From Candidatus Poribacteria bacterium (GTDB taxonomy: Bacteria; Poribacteria; WGA-4E; PCPOR2b), in contig OZ242351.1 of NCBI GenBank assembly GCA_965208675.1, positions 1,856,001-1,920,000 on the forward strand: DNA of 64,000 nucleotides, read 5' to 3'. The notes beneath the pieces were generated by a model, which did no database searches, was not told the DNA's origin, and saw only the letters and a list, made by a program, of their open reading frames with translations. Position numbers and translations under genes: made by a program. Positions 47,998 through 57,343 of the stretch are shown piece after piece; the stretch's first letter is position 1, and every line of letters begins with the position of its first letter.

Positions 47998-48891
47998 TTA
48001 ATTTGCGCTGCTAGATTTTGCAAGAAACTCTTCAGCGAACGCAATAATCGCTTCTGCGACCTTGATGCCGGTCGACGCTTCGACCTCCTCAAAGCCGGGC
48101 GATGGATTGACCTCTAATACCAGCGGGCCCGCGGATGTTTGCAACAAATCAACGCCAGCCACTTCTAGTCCCATCGCAGCCGTGGCGCGAAGCGCTGTGT
48201 CAATGTATTCGTCTGTGAGATGAATCGGATGTCCTTCCCCGCCGCGATGGATATTTGTCCTAAACTCCCCTGCGGGCGCCGTACGCCGCATCGCGGCGAC
48301 TACCTTTCCGCCGACAACAATTACGCGTGCATCATGTCCCGAAGATTCCTGGATAAACGGCTGAATAACGTAATCTTGATGCAGGTCGCACATTGCATCA
48401 ACCGCAGAGGCGAGGGAGGTCTGCGTATCCAGAAGTAGAAACGCCTTCCCGTGCGTTCCTTCGAACGGTTTCATGATGAACGGGAATTCGCCCGTCTCCT
48501 GGACGCATCGATCCAAAAATTGAGCTGAGCCGGCGGTGAAACTCGGCGGTACCGGCAAACCGTGTTGAGCGAGGATGCGGAGGGTTCGGAATTTGTTCCG
48601 GGCATTGGCAATCGATTGCGCCCGGTTGATGGCGGAGACGCCGGCCCATTCAAAGTGTGCAATGACCTCCTCGCCGTATTTCGCGGTGGAAGAACTCAGG
48701 CGAGGCAGAACGACATCGAAATCGTCGACCGGGGAATCTTCGTAGTAAATCTGCCTCCCTTCACCGCCAACGTGGAGGTAAAACCCGAATGGGTTGAGGA
48801 CAAATGGAGTATGCCCCATCGCACGGGAAGAATCAACCAATCGTCGGGTCGCATAATTCTGGCTGGCGAGGGAGAGGATAGCAATCTTCAT
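47998..48891 (-). CDS. rimK: RimK family alpha-L-glutamate ligase (ATP-grasp)
   Basis: R-K-RT---L, KP--GT-G, Q-FI, D-R--VVG, EFRTN-HRGG, AGVDL, EVN-SPG. Confidence 0.88.
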   Translation of the reverse strand: MKIAILSLASQNYATRRLVDSSRAMGHTPFVLNPFGFYLHVGGEGRQIYYEDSPVDDFDVVLPRLSSSTAKYGEEVIAHFEWAGVSAINRAQSIANARNKFRTLRILAQHGLPVPPSFTAGSAQFLDRCVQETGEFPFIMKPFEGTHGKAFLLLDTQTSLASAVDAMCDLHQDYVIQPFIQESSGHDARVIVVGGKVVAAMRRTAPAGEFRTNIHRGGEGHPIHLTDEYIDTALRATAAMGLEVAGVDLLQTSAGPLVLEVNPSPGFEEVEASTGIKVAEAIIAFAEEFLAKSSSAN

Positions 48892-49059
48892 GTTTTCCTA
48901 ATGCGCAATATAACAGGAATGTGTCCGTTACGAAACACGCAAATAATAACACAAATTGACCCGAATATCAAAACCAAGCGGTCAGAGCGTTGTTACTCGT
49001 CGAGCCAAAGCCCAATCATACGAACGCTAAGCGAGCGCGATAGTCGTCGCCCGCTGGGA

Positions 49060-49090
49060 GAAACCAAGTTTTTTAGAAAAACTCGGTTTC
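49060..49090. repeat. Intergenic hairpin
   Basis: GAAACCAAGTTTTTT-ag-AAAAACTCGGTTTC imperfect palindrome. Confidence 0.45.
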
Positions 49091-49215
49091 ATTCTGGACG
49101 CATTGAGAAACGGCGTTTTCCGCTTGACAGCCTCAACGGAACTGGGTCAAAATACGGCGAGTGACTACGGTTTAATCCGGGGCGCGACGGCATTTATGTG
49201 AAGCTGTCCGCAATC

Positions 49216-49351
49216 GTAGGGGATCAACCGAGTGAATAGCGAGGGCGATAGTGTTTGTCTGGTCATCTCGCCCTTTGACCAACACCGCTATCGGCCCGCC
49301 GCCCATACAGATTTGATGTGTGAATAGAGGGTTAGGCGCCCCAACCCCTAC
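49216..49351. repeat. GTAG-bounded REP/REPIN-like element
   Basis: Starts GTAGGGG, ends GGGTTAGGCGCCCCAACCCCTAC (a GTAG-REP hairpin on the minus strand). Confidence 0.5.
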
Positions 49352-49464
49352 GGTGGATTATGTGTCTGTGCGGTTATGATTTAACGCCGTCTGGACCTAA
49401 TGTCTGCCAATAACGCGGTCCCAGATGCACCATTTCCTATCATCAGCCAATCTTTGAACTGAAG

Positions 49465-50331
49465 ATGACCCACTATCAAGAGGTGCGTAAGTTTCTTAAC
49501 CGCACTGGAACCCGCCCTAGAAAAAGGCTAGGTCAGAATTTTTTGATTGAGCCAAGCGTTTTAGAAAAGATTGCCGACGCTGCAGCATTCACGGGCATAG
49601 ATTCTGTATTGGAGATCGGAGCAGGGTTGGGTTTTCTGACATCAGCACTGGCTGGAAAAGCCAAACAAGTCATTGCGATAGAGGTAGACAACGTATTATT
49701 TCGAGAATTACAGTGTAGATTTACGGATTTTCCGCAGGTTAGGTTGATTCACGGCGATGTTCTCAAAGTAAACCTCTCTCCTTTGCTCAACCAATTCTCT
49801 CGCTCCAATTCAAAAGTCATCGCAAATTTGCCTTATTCCATCACGACCCCAATCATCTGGAAGTTGTTGGGCCACCATAAACAGATTGGAATCTGTGTCC
49901 TGATGATGCAAAAGGAGGTTGCTGAACGAATTGTTGCACCACCGGGCCGCAAAACTTACGGGGCGCTCACAGTTGGAATTTCTTACTACGCCGAAACCGA
50001 GATTGTCGATGTTCTTCCACCAGATTGTTTCTATCCGGCGCCGCAGGTCGAATCTGCAATTGTCAAGCTCAAGATACGAGATGCACCGAAGGTTCGCGTC
50101 GCTGATGAAGCCTTATTCTTTCGGATTGTTCGCGCGTCGTTCCAAGCGCGCCGCAAAATGTTGCGAAACGCGCTGCTAAAAAATAACGTTCCTATCACCG
50201 CCGAAGCACTGGATTCCGTTTGTGACAAACTTGCAATTGATCCACGCCGGCGGGGCGAAACATTGGAAATTTCAGAGTTTGCCGCCCTTGCAAACGGCGT
50301 TGCGGAATTAAACAATGGCCCAGGACGTTAG
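49465..50331 (+). CDS. rsmA: 16S rRNA m6,2A1518/1519 dimethyltransferase
   Basis: KRLGQNFL, LEIG-G-G-LT, ANLPYSITTP, MMQKEVAERI, F-P-P-V-S, RRK-LRN. Confidence 0.97.
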   Translation: MTHYQEVRKFLNRTGTRPRKRLGQNFLIEPSVLEKIADAAAFTGIDSVLEIGAGLGFLTSALAGKAKQVIAIEVDNVLFRELQCRFTDFPQVRLIHGDVLKVNLSPLLNQFSRSNSKVIANLPYSITTPIIWKLLGHHKQIGICVLMMQKEVAERIVAPPGRKTYGALTVGISYYAETEIVDVLPPDCFYPAPQVESAIVKLKIRDAPKVRVADEALFFRIVRASFQARRKMLRNALLKNNVPITAEALDSVCDKLAIDPRRRGETLEISEFAALANGVAELNNGPGR

Positions 50332-50445
50332 CTTCTAACGATTGAGCGCGCGGCGATTCTATTGCAACCAGCATTGACCCCCTACGACAAATGCAAACCC
50401 GCAAGCCAAAGTAAAAACGTCCGAACCGAACTAAAACTGTACATT

Positions 50446-51975
50446 ATGCAAAAAAATTACATTTACGTCCTCATATTAGCCGCGCCGCTGGTGTTTTCTT
50501 GCGCTCGCTCGAACCCTCCTCACGAGATTCAGCCTCCGGTTGTCCATGCCCCGGCGATTGACGCTGCATCCGCGGCGTATTCCGATGCTTCAACTAAACA
50601 CCGGCAAATGGCTCACGGTCGAGTTCCGGCGTCAAATGAGGCCTGGGCGTCTCTCATAGAGGAATTTCAGGGCATCATTGACGCAGATGCGAAAGGTGAA
50701 TGGGCGGACGATGCACAATACGCGATAGGTTCTTGCTGGATGTGGTTGAGACAGGACGCTGAGTTGCCGCCGATTCAGCGGGCGATTGGCGCGTTTCAAA
50801 AGTTGATTCAAGATTATCCCGAATCGCCGCATGTCCCTGAAGCGCACTACTGGCTAGGGCATTGCCACGCACTTCTCGGCGACCATAATCGGGCTGCGAC
50901 GTACTACCAGAAGGTGATTAGCCAATACCTCGATCATCCGATCGCCGATGAAGCACAGTTACAGCTCAGCCGGTCTTATGAACGCCAACGCCACTTTACC
51001 TTGGCAAAGACCACATACCAAGCCCTTTCGGAGCGTAGTAATAACCCTGAGATTATCGCCCAAGCTAAGGAACGCATTGCTAATCTGCAGTCTAAAGAGA
51101 TTGAACCTACCGCCGCTAACACGAGCAGTTTGCCGCCCAAACCAATCGAACGGGCGCCGGTACTTCCTAAGCCGCAACCACCAAAAAAGGCGCCAATATT
51201 ACGAAAGACAGCACCTACGCCTGCAAAAAAGGAGGCTGCGCCCGTCAAACCAATCGCCAATCCGTCGTTGATTCAACAACTCGGACTTGATGTAAAAACC
51301 ATCATCATAGATCCCGGGCACGGCGGAAGAGATCCCGGCGCGGTTAATCGGGCGAAGCAGGAAAAAAGTATTGTGCTAGGCATCTCAAAAATGCTCCGCG
51401 ATCTCTTGGTGGAAAAGGGGTATAAAGTTCGTATGACCCGTGAGACCGATGTCTATATCCCACTCGAAAATCGAGCAAAATTTGCAAAGAAGGGGCAAGG
51501 CGATCTTTTTATCAGCATTCATGCCAATGCCAGCCACAGCGCCAGCGCATCAGGAATCGAGACGTACTATCTCGCGCTCGCGTCCGATGAATCCGCGCGA
51601 ATAACCGCCGCACGAGAAAACGCAGGTACGAATTATAGCATTCAAGCACTCGATAAATTGGTGGGAGATATTCTCAAGGAAAGCAAGAGTTCAGAAAGCC
51701 GCAGCCTCGCACAGTTTATTCAAGAACAACTGGTTGCCGCAACGGGCGCAAGGAATCGCGGTGTAAAGCACGCGCCCTTTGTTGTGCTGATTGGCACCAA
51801 AGTGCCGTCGGTACTCGTCGAAATTGGGTTTCTATCCAATTCAACGGAAGCGAGAAAACTCGTTGCCAAGACTTACCAGCGTAAAATTGTCCGCGCGATT
51901 GCCGAGGGCATTGAGCGCTACGCCAGGAATTTTCCGCTTGCGGCGGCACATCTGAATCCAATAGCAAGCAACTAA
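50446..51975 (+). CDS. Lipoprotein N-acetylmuramoyl-L-alanine amidase (Amidase_3) with N-terminal TPR region and Pro/Lys-rich linker
   Basis: Lipobox VFSC after ATG 50446; TPR motifs (YP-S----EA-Y-LG); IDPGHGG-DPGA, FISIHANA, P-VLVEIGF. Confidence 0.9.
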   Translation: MQKNYIYVLILAAPLVFSCARSNPPHEIQPPVVHAPAIDAASAAYSDASTKHRQMAHGRVPASNEAWASLIEEFQGIIDADAKGEWADDAQYAIGSCWMWLRQDAELPPIQRAIGAFQKLIQDYPESPHVPEAHYWLGHCHALLGDHNRAATYYQKVISQYLDHPIADEAQLQLSRSYERQRHFTLAKTTYQALSERSNNPEIIAQAKERIANLQSKEIEPTAANTSSLPPKPIERAPVLPKPQPPKKAPILRKTAPTPAKKEAAPVKPIANPSLIQQLGLDVKTIIIDPGHGGRDPGAVNRAKQEKSIVLGISKMLRDLLVEKGYKVRMTRETDVYIPLENRAKFAKKGQGDLFISIHANASHSASASGIETYYLALASDESARITAARENAGTNYSIQALDKLVGDILKESKSSESRSLAQFIQEQLVAATGARNRGVKHAPFVVLIGTKVPSVLVEIGFLSNSTEARKLVAKTYQRKIVRAIAEGIERYARNFPLAAAHLNPIASN

Positions 51976-51990
51976 ATTACGAGGAACCCG

Positions 51991-53343
51991 ATGAAACAAG
52001 GTACTGCGCTGAAAATCCTAATCATCGACGACGAACCCAGCATCTGCGAATCGTTGCAAGGCGCCCTGCAAGACGAAGGATATTCTGCAGAGACCGCGCT
52101 TAGCGGGGAAGACGGGCTTCGCCGCGTGGCGACGAAACAAATCAACCTGGTGTTTTTGGATATTCTGATGCCGGGTGGAATTGATGGTCTCGAGACACTG
52201 CGGCGGATTAAACAACTTTCCCCTGACACGGAAGTCATCATGATCACTGGACACGGCACATTCGATCTTGCATTGGAAGCCGGGAAGCTGGGCGGGTTGG
52301 ATTTTCTCGGAAAACCCCTCTCGTTGGACACGGTTCTGCAGAAGGTTGAACGGGAGATTCAGAAGTTCGAGATTAGGCGGTCGCAAGCTAGCGAGGGTGC
52401 CAATCTTCAAATGATTGGGGACAGCGGCCCCATGCAAGGGATTATGGCGAAGATTCGACAGATAGCCCCAACTAGCGGGCGGGTACTAATCACCGGCGAA
52501 AGCGGTACCGGCAAGGAACTTATTGCGGATTCCATTCACGAACTTAGCGCCCGAAATCAAGCCCCTTTGGTTAAGGTGAACTGCGCCGCGCTGCCCGATG
52601 AACTGATCGAGTCGGAACTTTTTGGGCATGAGCGCGGGGCGTTTACGGGCGCCGCAAATCAACGCGCTGGTAAATTTGAACAAGCCGACGGCGGCACTAT
52701 CTTCCTTGACGAGATTGGGGATACAAGCGCATCAACTCAGGCAAAAGTGCTCCGCGTGATTGAGTATCAAGAATTCGAGCGAGTCGGCGGCGAAAAGACA
52801 ATTCACGTTGACGTCCGCATCATCTCAGCCACCAACCAAGACCTAAAAGCCTCAATCGGCGAGCACACCTTTCGAGAAGACCTGTATTACCGATTGAATG
52901 TTGTGCCCATCCATGTCCCGCCGTTACGGGAACGAAGAGACGATATCCCCTTGCTAGTCAATTTCTTCTTAAACCGGTTTTGCCAGGAAAACCGTAAACC
53001 TGAGATGGCATGCACCGAACCCGCCCTGACGATTCTCCGCGGCTATGATTGGCCCGGCAATGTGCGGCAACTCCGCAACCTCATTGAAAGACTCGTCATC
53101 TTATGCCCGCAACAACACATCGACGTTGAGGATATCCCCAATGATTTATTTTACACGGATGCAGACGGCATCAATACTCAATCCCCGCTAAGGGACGCCC
53201 GGCACGAATTTGAAGGGCGCTTTATCCTCAATTGCCTGCAGGCGAACGATTGGAACATCACCGAGACATCGAAACAACTCGGTATCGAACGCACGAATCT
53301 GCATCGCAAAATGCGCCATTTCAAACTTAAACGCGATGCGTGA
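51991..53343 (+). CDS. Sigma54-dependent response regulator (NtrC/NtrX family)
   Basis: Receiver IIDDE...LDI-MP, GESGTGKE, ESELFGHERGAFTGA, WPGNVR-L-N, Fis-type HTH. Confidence 0.95.
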   Translation: MKQGTALKILIIDDEPSICESLQGALQDEGYSAETALSGEDGLRRVATKQINLVFLDILMPGGIDGLETLRRIKQLSPDTEVIMITGHGTFDLALEAGKLGGLDFLGKPLSLDTVLQKVEREIQKFEIRRSQASEGANLQMIGDSGPMQGIMAKIRQIAPTSGRVLITGESGTGKELIADSIHELSARNQAPLVKVNCAALPDELIESELFGHERGAFTGAANQRAGKFEQADGGTIFLDEIGDTSASTQAKVLRVIEYQEFERVGGEKTIHVDVRIISATNQDLKASIGEHTFREDLYYRLNVVPIHVPPLRERRDDIPLLVNFFLNRFCQENRKPEMACTEPALTILRGYDWPGNVRQLRNLIERLVILCPQQHIDVEDIPNDLFYTDADGINTQSPLRDARHEFEGRFILNCLQANDWNITETSKQLGIERTNLHRKMRHFKLKRDA

Positions 53344-53433
53344 ACCACACGTACCCCACCTTCTCATCTTCAACCTCCGTCAATACCCCCTGTAAACGCG
53401 ATCTCCTAATCGCAACATTCACTTGCTAGTTCC

Positions 53434-54035
53434 TGTAGGTTGGGTTAAGCGGGTAACTGCTAATGCGCGCCATGCGAAAACCACGTTCCAGATCTGCGGC
53501 AACGTGCATCGCAGGATAACCGCAGCGAACCCGACGCTTTTCATATATCCGAACCGTTTCCGATAAACCAAATATTTTCCGACTAACCAAAAACATTGGG
53601 GGTACGTAAAGGAAAAGCAATGGAAAATGACCGCTTTCCGGGTGAGCCGATGTTGATGGTTACCTTTTTCGAATTGCGCCGACACGCTTGTGGCGCGGGC
53701 TCATTGGAAACGTGAGGTAACCAAAAGGTAACCAAGAAAAAAAGATCTTCAAGTCTTTTGAGCGGATAAATATGCTATTATATTAACATTAACAATGAGA
53801 GAGATTGAAGATTTTCACAGCATTTGCCGTTGAATCGGACAGAATGTCAACGCAATCGCGACGCGAACCCAACGTTTTTCATATTTCCAAACCGGGGCCG
53901 ATAACCCAAATACTTTCCGACTAGCCAAAACCGTTGGGTTACGCTACACGAACCATAAATCCTAACCCGTTCAAAACATCTAACGCACCCAACATACGCA
54001 CTTCTGTTCACCACAACCGCTTAACCCAACCTACA
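53434..54035. mobile_element. Rearranged copy of a REPIN/MITE-like element (two overlapping partial copies separated by about 260 bp of unrelated DNA)
   Basis: Left end TGTAGGTTGGGTTAAGCGG at 53434; similarity to 54154-54417 stops near 53600, resumes near 53863 and runs to CCGCTTAACCCAACCTACA at 54035. Confidence 0.7.
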
Positions 54036-54085
54036 AAGGCTTCAACATCAAATAATTATTCCCTCCCCTAATCATAGCCTATCAT

Positions 54086-54149
54086 CTAATCACACAGATC
54101 ACAGTTCAGACAACACAAATAATTTCTATCGAACATCACGGCCTGGCAG
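54086..54149 (+). repeat. 64-bp direct repeat, copy 1 (copy 2 at 54422-54485)
   Basis: ctaatcacac[a/g]gatcacagttcagacaacacaaataatttctatcgaacatcacggc[c/g]tggcag; two mismatches between the copies. Confidence 0.9.
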
Positions 54150-54153
54150 TTCC

Positions 54154-54417
54154 TGTAGGTTGGGTTAAGCGGGTAACTGCTAATGCGTGCCATGCGAAAA
54201 CCACGTCCCAGATTTGCGGCAACGTGCATCGCAAGATATCCGCAGCGAACCCAACGTTTTTCATATTTCCGAACCGGGTCCGATAACCCAAATACTTTCC
54301 GATTAACCAAAAACGTTGGGTTACGCTACACCTACCATAAATCCTAACCCGTTCAAAACATCTAACGCACCCAGCATACCCACCTCTGTTCACCACAACC
54401 GCTTAACCCAACCTACA
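54154..54417. mobile_element. 264-bp non-autonomous REPIN/MITE-like element
   Basis: 19-bp perfect terminal inverted repeats TGTAGGTTGGGTTAAGCGG / CCGCTTAACCCAACCTACA, inner inverted pair GCGAACCCAACG / CGTTGGGTTACGC, no credible coding capacity. Confidence 0.78.
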
Positions 54418-54471
54418 AAGGCTAATCACACGGATCACAGTTCAGACAACACAAATAATTTCTATCGAACA

Positions 54472-57267
54472 TCACGGCGTGGCAGCCGGAATCGCGTACG
54501 GTTCATGACCGTAGACGACTTTGCCCTTAAACCGGAGCGGGTGGTTTTGCGAGCCGTCATGCGCGACCATCCAAAGCTGGCCGTTATTCTCATAAAGAAT
54601 CGTTGAACCGTTAGGCAGCCACATCGGCTTCTGCCCGCCGTACCGCGTTAATTGCTTTTCCGCCGGTACTCCCTCCGAATTGAATTCAGCAATCCAGATT
54701 TGGCGAAACCGCCCGTCGGCGCGGGAAAACGCCAAAACGTTAGGATGGGATGGCGACCATGCCGGCTCCGCGTCATCATCAGGGCTGATGGATACCGGAT
54801 CCAGCCGATGTGTTACCGTATCGTAAACATAGATATTCCGATCGTTCCCCGCGTCCGAATTTTCAATACTTCCTCTCGTGCTGTACGCGAGAAGCTCACC
54901 GCCGCTGTGCCAAGTCGGAGTAAACATCTCCCTCGCTGTTGACGGAAGCAGAATCTCCTCCTGGCTGGGAACATGCCGAATGTAGATTCGGCTGCGATTA
55001 ACACTGCGCCTTGCGAAGGCGATGTAATTTCCATCCGGAGAGATTGCCGCATCTGATGCCAATTCACGCTTGCTAAGCAGTAAAATTTCTTCGTCCCCGG
55101 CAGCGTCGCGGGCGATGACGTTCCCTTCGAGATCGATATAGGTGAGCGTATCGTCCAGTGAAGCCGTTGGACGCCTGCCCGCACCGAACGGCTGCAAGAC
55201 ATCGTTTGGCGCGTATCCCCAAATAATGTCATCATAACTATAGTAGATTATGGCGTTCAGGAGGGCTAGTTCCGGCTGGTGCTCTTCGTTGGCGTAAGAA
55301 GGGTTAGATGCCGTGTCCGTACTCCCATCTGCCGATTTTTCCGATGGAATTTCAAGGTCGCTTTGGGTTTGGGGCGGGGCAGATTTTGGCTCAAAATTCT
55401 GATGATCCTGCAACCGCCAACCGCCGCCAATCGCTTCAAAGATAAAACCAACGCCTTGATTCCAATACCACCACTGCTCAACCTCGCGCCCAAAGCGTGT
55501 GAAGTTTAACACGTCTTCCGGCTCACCGTATTGGAACTTAATTTCCGATCGGTGTCCATCCTCGATTTCAGCCATGTTACCCTCTTCGTCAATGTACATG
55601 GCGAAGATTTCGATGTCAATATAGGGGGTCGTGTATCCCCTAAACACGGACACCAACTGCGGCGTGCCCCGCACAGGAAAGCGTGTGCCGTAGATGCCAA
55701 CTCCGTCTTGCAAGCCCGCCTTGCGGTCGCCGTCGACATCTACCATCGCCATCACATAGTACGCGCCGGGCGGCACCGTCACCTCGTAGCGTCCATTGCC
55801 CTCCAAATTCAATGTAACTGGCATCGGCGATTCAAAATCGGGTGTTTTCGAAAGTGACAGAATGCCTTCTCTGAATGATTTTCCTTCCCAAATTACGCGC
55901 CCTGTAATTCCGCCTTCGGTGTTCTGGCTCAAATCGTTCAAGTCCGCCGTCCGAATCGCTTCGAGCTGACCACCGGCACTGTAGCGGGCAGTCACGTGGA
56001 GTTTGATGTCAAAACTCTCCGCCGGTTTCAAAACCAGCGTCGATGGCGGCATACTCGTCATATCGTTGCTGCCGTACGCGCCGATGCCGTCGCCTTGACT
56101 GTAGCTGCCGTCACCATCCGCATCAACATTAACAATAAGATAGTAGCCGCCCGGCGGCAGTTGCAGGGTGAATTTCCCTTCTTCATCTGCCTCAACCTTT
56201 TTCACAATTTTCACCAGCGCCGGGTCCTGGTACACATAGATTGCACTCCCTTTGAGCGATTTTTCATCCCACACGACTTCGCCCAACACACTCGCCGGTG
56301 CGCGTTCGGTTGCGCGCGGCGTTGGAGGCGTCTCCTTACCGAATTCCGCCAGCGGGACAATTTTCCCGCTCTCGGTCTGCTTCCCTGTCACCTCGATTTG
56401 AATATCCGCCGTAAATCTGTTTGGGTCCACCAAAATCGGCTGTGGGAATGCCCCTTGATTACGCAGATCGTCAATGCCGTAGATGCCTAATTCATCGCCG
56501 TGATCAAAAAGGTTGGTACGATTTGCATCAATGGTTGCCATTAGGTAATACTTACCGGGGGTTAATTTAAGCGTAAAGTTCCCGTCGCTTGCAATCTGTG
56601 CGCTCCCGGCGCGAAATTTCCACGAAAGATCGGTATATGCCAAAATGAGCGCGTCTTCGAACGATTCGTTCCCCTTCCGATGCAGCTGCCCTTTGATGCC
56701 GGAGGTAATCTTGGTCACATCCCTCTTGAATTCCTCAAATGGATTTTCGCGATAGTCATACGCTGCAACTATCTTCCCTTTTCCGTCAACGTTCTGCATT
56801 CTCGCCGTTATCTCGATGGCAAGGCCGCTGACTGTTTTGTGGGCACCGATGTTCACCAACTGCTTGCGCTGATTTGGGTGATTCCAATCTGTAATGCCGT
56901 AAATACCCATACCGTCGCCAATATCGAATTTTCCCGAGCGATCCAAATCCACGAAAGCAACGAGATAGTAGCCCCCCGGTTCGACGCGAATTTCAAACTC
57001 ACCGCCCCTCAACCCCGTAACACCCGTATATAACGACTTCAGGTCCTCATCACTATAGACCTGCACGGTTGCCTGCGACAAATCTTCGCCCGACCAGACA
57101 ATCTCGCCTTTGAGTGTAGCTGTCGCGCGTTTGCCAAAATCCTCCACCAAAGCCTTTTCCGCATCCGTTTGCGGTTTGTGTTGCGCCCAAAGTGCGCTAT
57201 TGGCAAGCATGAAAATCGCGATAGGTATTATTATGGGGAAAATGCGTCTGCGTTGAATCGGTGTCAT
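54472..57267 (-). CDS. Secreted protein with four Ig-like Ca-loop repeats and a C-terminal TolB-like (PD40) beta-propeller
   Basis: Signal peptide; four G-V-W...PG-YY-----D-D--G----GDG-G-YG units; ISPDG--IAF, P-W, PAWSP motifs. Confidence 0.8.
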   Translation of the reverse strand: MTPIQRRRIFPIIIPIAIFMLANSALWAQHKPQTDAEKALVEDFGKRATATLKGEIVWSGEDLSQATVQVYSDEDLKSLYTGVTGLRGGEFEIRVEPGGYYLVAFVDLDRSGKFDIGDGMGIYGITDWNHPNQRKQLVNIGAHKTVSGLAIEITARMQNVDGKGKIVAAYDYRENPFEEFKRDVTKITSGIKGQLHRKGNESFEDALILAYTDLSWKFRAGSAQIASDGNFTLKLTPGKYYLMATIDANRTNLFDHGDELGIYGIDDLRNQGAFPQPILVDPNRFTADIQIEVTGKQTESGKIVPLAEFGKETPPTPRATERAPASVLGEVVWDEKSLKGSAIYVYQDPALVKIVKKVEADEEGKFTLQLPPGGYYLIVNVDADGDGSYSQGDGIGAYGSNDMTSMPPSTLVLKPAESFDIKLHVTARYSAGGQLEAIRTADLNDLSQNTEGGITGRVIWEGKSFREGILSLSKTPDFESPMPVTLNLEGNGRYEVTVPPGAYYVMAMVDVDGDRKAGLQDGVGIYGTRFPVRGTPQLVSVFRGYTTPYIDIEIFAMYIDEEGNMAEIEDGHRSEIKFQYGEPEDVLNFTRFGREVEQWWYWNQGVGFIFEAIGGGWRLQDHQNFEPKSAPPQTQSDLEIPSEKSADGSTDTASNPSYANEEHQPELALLNAIIYYSYDDIIWGYAPNDVLQPFGAGRRPTASLDDTLTYIDLEGNVIARDAAGDEEILLLSKRELASDAAISPDGNYIAFARRSVNRSRIYIRHVPSQEEILLPSTAREMFTPTWHSGGELLAYSTRGSIENSDAGNDRNIYVYDTVTHRLDPVSISPDDDAEPAWSPSHPNVLAFSRADGRFRQIWIAEFNSEGVPAEKQLTRYGGQKPMWLPNGSTILYENNGQLWMVAHDGSQNHPLRFKGKVVYGHEPYAIPAATP

Positions 57268-57343
57268 CCGATGTTAGTGCTCCTGCGTTACGGTTACTCG
57301 GTTAAAACTACCCGATTACCCGAAGACCTCTATCGGCGCATAA

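Noticed and set aside
53434-54485. Possible CRISPR array
   Set aside because: The repeats are long, inverted and irregularly spaced, with no constant repeat-spacer period and no cas genes.
53419-54606. Short similar ORFs at 53419-53685, 53426-53620, 54086-54310, 54136-54396 and 54316-54606 that look like a small paralogous family
   Set aside because: Their similarity comes from the non-coding repeat element, and the frames are not preserved between copies.
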